This document shows, one piece after another, positions 1 through 8,279 of a DNA stretch of 64,000 nt (positions are counted from its first letter, which is position 1; each line of letters opens with the position of its first letter). This DNA is from Eledone cirrhosa (lineage: Eukaryota). The translations under genes and the position numbers were made by a program. Location of the stretch: assembly GCA_964016885.1 (NCBI GenBank), contig OZ024740.1, positions 45,136,001-45,200,000 of the forward strand, read 5' to 3'. Under the pieces are notes generated by a model. That model searched no databases. It was given only the letters and a program-made list of their open reading frames with translations, and had not been told where the DNA came from.

Positions 1-559
1 AAAAATATTTCATCACCCTCATCATTATTTTATGTCTATTTTTCATGCTTGCATGGGTTAGACAGGTTGTCACACTCTGAGATTGCACAGGCAAGACAAA
101 CGATTGTGTCTTGCTCATACATTCTATTGTGGCATGGTTTCTACGGCTTGATGAACTCCCTAACACCAGCATTAACACTTTACAGTATGGATTGGATGTA
201 TTTTATCGTGGCACCAGCACGACCACTTTAGAGTGAAGAATGTACTCAGAAAATGCTTATAGTAGAGTAGTTAATAATTATTAAATATTGTTTGATTATA
301 ATCAAACAATATTTGAGTCTGATGCTTATTTCCTTAATGTCATATGATTTCATTTTAGAGGTAAGATGCTGATGATACTGAGTAGAATAATTACAGTTGG
401 TCAAGTAAATACTACCCAAACATGCTGCTAAAGAGCAAATAAGCAGCTACCAAATAATATATCAAAATTCATAATTTTATTTGATATTTGGGGCATCTTA
501 TAATATTATTAATACTTTTTACTTAAAGATTATTTGGAATAAATAAATCTTTCACATAC

Positions 560-826
560 CATTTACTGATAATTTAGCTTTAGTTGTAACATCATCTGCA
601 ACGCAAGAATATTCTGCAGTATCGTCTACATTAACACGTTTTATGATAAGTTTGTGAAGTCTTCTATCACTTGTTGTTTCAATTTTGTCAGTGTCCTTCA
701 AAATTTCACCATTTTTCAGCCAAGAAACCAAAACATTATCTTGAACGGTAACACATGTAAAAATGGCCATTTGTTTCTCATCAATTGTTAAGTTTGTCAA
801 CTTTTGGGAAAAGCCTGTGGTTATTT
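560..826 (-). CDS. Internal exon, one Ig I-set domain (tandem repeat exon A) of giant multi-Ig muscle-type protein
   Basis: Minus strand: acceptor tttcAG at 828-827, donor G|GTATGT at 559-558. 267 nt, phase 1/1. Encodes EITTGFSQKLTNLTIDEKQMAIFTC..SWLKNG..HKLIIK..DDTAEYSCV..KLSVN, the I-set C..W..D.xEY.C pattern. Confidence 0.92.
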
Positions 827-1629
827 CTGAAATATTCACATGGTTTATAGTTAAATATTTTATTCAATACATAAATGTATGCATATGAAACAAAATTGAA
901 GAATACTGAATAGATTAATATCCAAAAAAACAATATATTCTAAAATGGATTCCCCTTCCCCTATGAAAATATGAATAACAATGACTTATATGACTTATCA
1001 GTCATCAACATCTGTTTAAATACAATAATTACAAGCATTAATTTTTTTTATTACTATCATTATGGTTTACCTTTTCCTATTGGTATAAATATAAAAGTGT
1101 CCCTAACTTATGAGGCCTAACTTTCCATGATCTGTTGTAAAAATATCATCCATCTTCTTTTGAATGCCAATGTTAGATCATGTTCACCTATACCTTTCTT
1201 TCAATGTTATGTCTACATATGATACTGAGAATGGTCATTTCTAAGCTACCACTGATGACTACAGCTACTAATACATTAAGTTCGATGATGCTTTTTACAT
1301 ATAAGACATTTTTCATAAAGTGATCCTGAAATAAGAAATAGAATAACTGTATACAAAGATTATGTCATTTAGATGAACCAAGAGATTTCAAAAACAAAGT
1401 GAATGTTAATAAGTACTGACTGGCATTGGCTTGGACTGTAAATATCTCACTGAAAATATCACAAACCTTTATCCAAATGTATTCTCACTACACTATCACT
1501 AAAAGAATTAACAGACCTACAGACTGTATGAACATTAAATGTTTATGTTTGTTCTTATGAAGTAAAGTTATCTATAGTTTGCTCAGTAATTATTTAATAG
1601 ACATTTAATAAAATATTATTCCACACCTC

Positions 1630-1966
1630 CTCATCCTCCTCATCATTTTACGTCTGCTTTTCCCTGCTTGCAAGGGTGGGACGGGAACTGATTCTGGCTT
1701 GATTTCTACAGCTGGATGCCCTTCCTAACACCAACCTCATTTACAGTGAGTGCTGGGTGCTTTTTTTGCTGTGGCACCTCCACGACCACTTTGCAGTGGA
1801 ATGATAGGGACTCCAGTCCCTATCATCTCATTTCTACAGCTGAGTAAACTGGAGCAATGTGAAATAAAGTGTCTTGCTCAAGGAAACAACACATCACCCA
1901 GTCTGAGAATTGAACTCACAATCTTTCGATAGCAAGGCCAATGCTCTAACCACTAAGCCATGTGCC
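1630..1966 (-). mobile_element. tRNA-derived SINE with RTE-LINE-derived 3' tail (internally deleted copy)
   Basis: Minus strand begins GGCACATGGCTTAGTGGTTAGAGCA (A box) ... GAGTTCAATTC (B box), then CCTTGAGCAAGACACTT, then sequence matching the RTE 3' UTR at 20153-20424. Paralogous to 55233-55676. Confidence 0.75.
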
Positions 1967-2301
1967 AGAACAAATTTAAGTTGTTCTATTTATCTCAGCA
2001 GTACTAAGTAATAACTGTATTGCATTTATGATCAGAACTGTTTACTTTAATCTCCTTCAATTTCTTTTTAACTAACACACTATCCTTGCCTTTGAAGCAA
2101 TTAATAATAAAATGCCCATGTTCATCCTATTTAGAATATGAACAATATATCACTGCATGTCATAAGTGAATAAAAGTGTTGGTGTCAGGAAGGACATCCA
2201 GCTGTGAAACATTGTCTCAAAATGTCCCATCCAACTTGGGCCAGCATGGAAAAGTTGTCATAAAAACGATTATCATTATAAATTTACTCAGCATAGTCAT
2301 A

Positions 2302-2473
2302 CAGTGAAATTCCGTTATAACAAAATTCACAGGGTATTAAAAGAATTCATTGTACGAAAAATTCTTTCTAACGAAATCGACCTAACATATCGAGCGTGTG
2401 GCCAGGGATTGAAAAGAATTTCATTATATTGAAAAACTCGTTATAATGGTATTTGTTATAACGGAATTTTACC
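2302..2473. mobile_element. Tc1/mariner (pogo/Tigger-type) MITE
   Basis: Imperfect TIRs CAGTGAAATTCCGTTATAACAAA / TTTGTTATAACGGAATTTTACC, flanked by TA on both sides. Confidence 0.65.
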
Positions 2474-2910
2474 TATATATAGTAGTGTACTTCTCTATGT
2501 GATCCATACATTTGAGAAATACTAAAAGTTAGTGTTTAATTTAAATGTAAACTTCAATACTTTTACTAGTGACAGTTATGAGTTATAGTTTTATGTCTGT
2601 TCTTCCATGCTTGCATGATTTGGAGGAAATCTGGAGCTTCTTTTGGTTTCATGGACATTAGGTAAGAGTAAAAGACTGGCTAAGAGATGAGTCTGTTGCA
2701 AGACTAACCCTAACAGCCTTTGGTATTCATTTTCAGATTAGTACATGGAGCAACGTGAAATGCATTCTTGCTCAAGGACACCACACCAATTCCAGCCTAG
2801 GAATTGAACCCAAAACCTTATGATCATGAGTCTAACACCCTAACCACAAACCACATCCCACCACTAAACTAAAAATTACAATATTTTTGTATTAAAAAAT
2901 GTCAGCATAC

Positions 2911-3177
2911 CAGTTACTTTCAATTTTGCTTTAGTTGAAATATCATCTACAACACAAGAGTATTCTCCACTATCATCAACATTAGCATGTTTTATTATGA
3001 GTTTGTGGAGTCTTTTATCAGTTGTCATTTCAACTCTTTCAGTTTCTTTTAATGTTTTGCCATTTTTCATCCAGGTAACCATAACATTATCCTGAACAGT
3101 GACGCATGTAAAAATAGCCATTTGTTTCTCATCAACTGTGAGACTTGTCAACTTTTGTGAAAATCCAGTGGTCAGTT
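2911..3177 (-). CDS. Internal exon, one Ig I-set domain (tandem repeat exon B)
   Basis: Acceptor tttcAG at 3179-3178, donor G|GTATGC at 2910-2909. 267 nt, phase 1/1. ELTTGFSQKLTSLTVDEKQMAIFTC...DDSGEYSCVVDDISTKAKLKVT. Confidence 0.92.
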
Positions 3178-4482
3178 CTGAAATAAAATACAATAATTAT
3201 TTAGGCAATACAAAAAATAATATAATTACTCTATTATAATCAAATAATCTTCCTCAAAATTGCAAACTAAGATCCATAAATACATAGATATAATTAAGAA
3301 TTTGTAAACAATAACTGAGTATTGAAATGAACAAATACAAAATTCACAGTATTATAATGTTATACACTAATGGATTCTGTTGACCAAGACAAAGTCAGTC
3401 TTTTATGATTAGATGATATTTATGATTTAGATATCATCATCATCATTGTTGTTGATGTGATGTCCAATTTGTCCACTTTTCCATTCAGCAGAGTTATTGG
3501 CTGGAAATTATAATTAATGTCTCTTGTTTGTGTCCTTTTCAGTAACACTACACTTATCCCCACCTTACAGAACTAGAAATTCTTCAGTTCTGCTGCCAGT
3601 TGCAGTAGACATTTACCAAGTCACATGTAAAAACATCCAGCGTGTATTTGTAAAGCCCATATGGCAGACCATCTAAATCAAGCAGTTGGCCCCTCATACA
3701 ATCATTTACCACCACTATATAAATAAGAATTGTCCTTGGGGAAAACTGGAAATGTAGTATAAATTCTGATGGTCATGTAATTTTTATGGTACAATCATAT
3801 TGTTTTCTCTTTCACAATAAATATTATCATAAAATAAAACTATTTATTTCTCTTTTCCTACTTTCATATTTTCTTTTTTCACAATAAATATTATTATAAA
3901 TGAAAACTAACAAATTTGAGGAGCTAGTGTTAAATATATGTTATTTCAATCAATTTACATATTTCGTTATGAAATAATTTCTTTATTTAAGATTTTCTTA
4001 AATTCAACTTATTTGAATAATATATCATCCAGTTTAGAATAGGTACAACATATCCATAAAAGGCATATGAGGAAAGTAAATGGGTTGGTGGAACTAGGGG
4101 CATTCAGTTGTAAAACATTCCCTCGATATTCCTGTAATGAGTATGAAGTGTATCCTGGTGCATGCAAGGTTAATCTCTCATTTAGCAAGACAAAATAGTT
4201 TTTAAAAGTTTGTAGTTGCATGGTAAAAAAAGTTTGTAGTAAATGTTAAAATAATTTATAAATTTTAATCAATGGTAAATTGACATATTGACACCCCATC
4301 AGTTCTAATTAAATAAATATGACTTGAAATTTAATAATATAAAATACCATTTGTCATTTGAAATCTAATTACACAATGAACAGGTCAAAATAAATAAGAT
4401 AATAGTTCATAAATTTACAAACAGATTTAAAACAGAGGCAAACTAACTATAGTGTAAAATGAACTAATATATATACCATCAG

Positions 4483-4524
<42 letters not shown>

Positions 4525-4675
4525 GAATATGTGTATGAAGTATCATAGTATTTAAAACATTCAAACATTAATTGAATGAGTACTCAATAGTAGTAGGTAG
4601 TGATCAGAAATTATTTTCTATGAAAAGTGGCTGTGACTTAGAATTTTTAGCTTCATCTCTTCATCTGGATGCCCA

Positions 4676-4753
<78 letters not shown>

Positions 4754-4912
4754 GTATATATATTTATTTCTTTATATATAGATAGAGAGAGGGATAGAGG
4801 TGGGCAGCCAGATGAAGAGATGAAACTGAACATTCTAAGTGCATGTAAATTAAATTTGCTTAAAGAAAAAAATATTTGGATAGGAAATATAAGTCATTAA
4901 TATTATATATAC

Positions 4913-5099
4913 AGGGGCGGTGGATTGGCAGTATCGGTAGAGGGTCGGACGCCATGCTTTCCAGCATAGTTACGTCCCTTTACGATCTGAGTTCAAATCC
5001 CGCCGAGGTTGACTTTGACTTTCATCCTTACGGGGTCGATAAAATAAAGTACCAGTAATGCACTGGGTAATTGCTGGCCTTGTGCCTGAAGTAGAAACA
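4913..5099 (+). mobile_element. tRNA-derived SINE (family with GGTTGACTTTGCCTTTCATCC..GGGGTCGATAAAATAAAGTACC central domain), full-length with TSD
   Basis: TGGCAGTATCGG A-box-like and GAGTTCAAATCCC B box. Central domain resembles the MetaSINE-type domain. Perfect 17-bp direct repeat ATTAATATTATATATAC at 4896-4912 and 5100-5116. Confidence 0.85.
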
Positions 5100-5156
5100 A
5101 TTAATATTATATATACTGAAATGCTTTAATATATGAATTTTATTTAGGTTATTTAC

Positions 5157-5423
5157 CATTTACTGTCAGTTTTGCTGTAGTTGAAATATCATCTACAACA
5201 CAAGAATATTCTCCAGTATCTTCTACATTAACATGTTTTATGATAAGTTTGTGAAGTCTTCTATCACTTGATGTCTCAATTCTGTCAGTGTCCTTCAAGG
5301 TTTTACCATCTTTCAGCCAAGAAACCAAAACATTATCTTGAACGGTAACACATGTAAAAATAGCCATCTGTTTTTCTTCTGCAGTAAGACTTTTCAACTT
5401 TTGCGAAAAGCCACAGGTTTGTT
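5157..5423 (-). CDS. Internal exon, one Ig I-set domain (tandem repeat exon C)
   Basis: Acceptor tacAG at 5425-5424, donor G|GTAAAT at 5156-5155. 267 nt, phase 1/1. QTCGFSQKLKSLTAEEKQMAIFTC...EDTGEYSCVVDDISTTAKLTVN. Confidence 0.92.
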
Positions 5424-5677
5424 CTGTAATACATAAAATATAAATTTTAATAAACTACATATATATATATATATACATTCAACAAAAACAGTATTGAATC
5501 ACCAAATCTGACAAGCAGACCAATGCTGGAGTCAGGACCTTGTGAAATTTACATAACAGGTTGATAACCAATAAAAACATGTAAATGAAACTTCATTGCA
5601 TTTTCTTAATATATACACTCTGCCTATGCATTGAGTGGTCATATAGGTACCACTAACAGTAAATCACTGAATCACCT

Positions 5678-5837
<160 letters not shown>

Positions 5838-6443
5838 TGGTGCCTGCCAACTCGTTTTCGAGTACGGCCACTACTTTATATCCATGTAGGAGAACCCCTA
5901 CCGATGCGCTGAACGAGTGTGACTTTTTAGTCCAGCCAGCGACTTGAAAACTCTGGTACAAACACTACACTTGTGACAATTATTGACACATAGTGCTGGG
6001 CCCATGGTACCATGTGACGACAAGTGCAGAGAGGTCTCCAGATATAAAGCAATGCCTGTGCCGTGAAGCTTTTATAGTGAGCAAAGGCACTGTACAAAGT
6101 CAGTCACACTCCCTTAACCAAGATGATATTTACCAAAAAGAAGAACAAGTCAACATCATTGGATACCATCAGAGTTGCAGGTGTTATATCAGAGTTTTCC
6201 TTCTCCTAGAATTCTGCCTTGACAAAGGTTAAGGGGTCATCTCTCCCAGTGATTTTGGATGGCCATTGACTCTTAAGAGCTCATTTGCCCTTTGACAGGT
6301 TTTGTTTTTAGTCCTGCAGGATGTCCAAAGTCACTCTCCTCACCAAGAAAGCTTGGTGGGGTTGCCAGTTTAGTTGCCAACGACCCAACCATGAGACAGG
6401 TTGTACTGGGATACATGTTACCAGTAGCACCAACTGGTGACCT
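5838..6443 (-). mobile_element. ~600-bp non-autonomous RTE-derived element (5' UTR-like part plus C2H2-finger 3' end)
   Basis: Near-identical to 36421-37028 and 44772-45380. Minus strand contains CTAGGAGAAGGAAAACTCTGATATAA (RTE 5'UTR-like motif) and ends in a remnant frame KCSVCTRVFKSLAGLKSHTRSAHR* followed by microsatellite. Confidence 0.75.
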
Positions 6444-6478
6444 GTATACATATGTACATATATATATATATATACATA

Positions 6479-6527
<49 letters not shown>

Positions 6528-6529
<2 letters not shown>

Positions 6530-6725
6530 CAAAGGAAATGTGGTAAGGAACCAGATGGACCATAACGCACCAAAGTACTCAATACTTAGGGTAGTAGAGT
6601 GGGTAATAGGAACGAGTAGGACCCCGACGGCTGAGCTCACGCCGTTTCGACGGCTAATTCTGGACGGCTAGTCCAGAATTAGCCATTGAAACGGCTTGAG
6701 CTCAGCCATCGGGGTCCTACTCGTT

Positions 6726-6730
<5 letters not shown>
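6528..6730. mobile_element. Fold-back element in (TA)n with 60-bp hairpin and 3' half of a hammerhead-like motif (probable Penelope-like terminal fragment)
   Basis: Arms 6606-6665 and 6671-6730, 4 mismatches, 5-nt loop. Minus strand of the left arm reads GAAA-CGGC-GTGAGCTCA-GCCG-TC. Confidence 0.55.
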
Positions 6731-6769
<39 letters not shown>

Positions 6770-6770
<1 letters not shown>

Positions 6771-8082
6771 CAATAATAATAAAATTGAAGACTAAAATCC
6801 AAAGAGGGCTCGATAAGGAAAATATATATCAAATATATAAGAACCGTAGAGCAAATATTTATTAAAATAACAGATTAAAGTTTAAGCAAAGAATCGCTGC
6901 TTTCACCCTCAACGGGATCTTCTGAAACTAACAAAGTCGATCTGTAAACGCAGAACTGGATATTTCAAAAAACGTTGCAACCGGAGGAAGACAGGAAGAC
7001 GATACTTTGGTTCGTGGTAACGTTCGCTGGCAAAGAACGGGAAAAAACGAATAATACGTCATTAATAGGAGCGGTGAAAAACAATTACGCGCAAAGACAG
7101 AACCACGTTTATGGTATAAAGGAGGTCGTAGACTAATCTTCTCTTAGGTGGTGCAAAGAGACGTTCTCTGGCAATGAACGAAAAAACGAAGATAATAAGT
7201 CATATGTGGAGCGTGGAGAACAATAGCACGCAAAGACAAAACCACGTAAATGGTATAGCAGAAGTCGTAGACTAAAATTCTAACTAGGAGACCAAATGAA
7301 ACTCCGCTACAGAGTTAAGAACAAAGTAAATAAATACAATACAGAAGTAATAGAAACAAATAAATACATACACGCAAACGTCTCCGAACATTCGTGTATT
7401 TATTTGTAGGTATGTGTGTGCGCTTGTTATATACGTATTTATTTACTTATATACGTTTATATAATTATTTATTTATTTGTACACAAGCATACACACATAT
7501 TTATATGTGCGTGGTTTTGTATACATATGGTAAGGTTTTGCGTATGCTTGTGTATGTATGTATCTGTTTGCGTGTATGTATTTATTTGTTTCTATTACTT
7601 CTGTATTGTATTTATTTACTTTGTTCTTAACTCTGTAGCGGAGTTTCATTTGGTCGCCTAGTTAGAATTTTAATCTACGACTTCTGCTATACCATTTACG
7701 TGGTTTTGTCTTTGCGTGCTATTGTTCTCCACGCTCCACATATGACTTATTATCTTCGTTTTTTCGTTCAGTGCCAGAGAACGTCTCTTTGCACCACCTA
7801 AGAGAAGATTAGTCTACGACCTCCTTTATACCATAAACGTGGTTCTGTCTTTGCGCGTAATTGTTTTTCACCGCTCCTATTAATGACGTATTATTCGTTT
7901 TTTCCCGTTCTTTGCCAGCGAACGTTACCACGAACCAAAGTATCGTCTTCCTGTCTTCCTCCGGTTGCAACGTTTTTTGAAATATCCAGTTCTGCGTTTA
8001 CAGATCGACTTTGTTAGTTTCAGAAGATCCCGTTGAGGGTGAAAGCAGCGATTCTTTGCTTAAACTTTAATCTGTTATTTTA

Positions 8083-8152
<70 letters not shown>

Positions 8153-8260
8153 ATAATAATAAAATTGAAGACTAAAATCCAAAGAGGGCTCGATAAGGAA
8201 AATATATATCAAATATATAAGAACCGAAGAGCAAATATTTATTAAAATATTTAATAAATA
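6770..8260. mobile_element. Inverted-repeat element in (TA)n (probable Penelope-like pseudo-LTRs in inverted arrangement)
   Basis: Arms ~6855-7379 and ~7566-8090 are reverse complements with about 3 mismatches seen. The terminal ~100 bp recurs directly at 6770-6868 and 8150-8249. CpG-rich, non-coding, with a hammerhead-like fold in each arm. Confidence 0.65.
8000..8075 (+). ncRNA. Candidate type I hammerhead ribozyme with variant core (mirror copy on minus strand 6870-6945)
   Basis: Stem I AGTTT/AAACT plus ACAGAT/ATCTGT; core CAGAAGA; stem II CCC-GTTGA-GGG; GAAA; stem III AGCAG/TTGCT; putative CUU cleavage after 8061. Manual fold only. Confidence 0.5.
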
Positions 8261-8279
8261 TATATATATATATATATAT

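Noticed and set aside
1880-1966. tRNA genes suggested by A and B boxes (many places)
   Set aside because: They continue into SINE body and tail sequences and lack a full cloverleaf; these are SINE heads.
6290-6443. HDV-like ribozyme at the 5' end of the ~600-bp element
   Set aside because: Partial elements exist (GGTCACC/GGTGACT, CTAA, small hairpin), but I could not fit a canonical P1-P2-P3-P1.1-P4 order by hand. Left only as an untested possibility.
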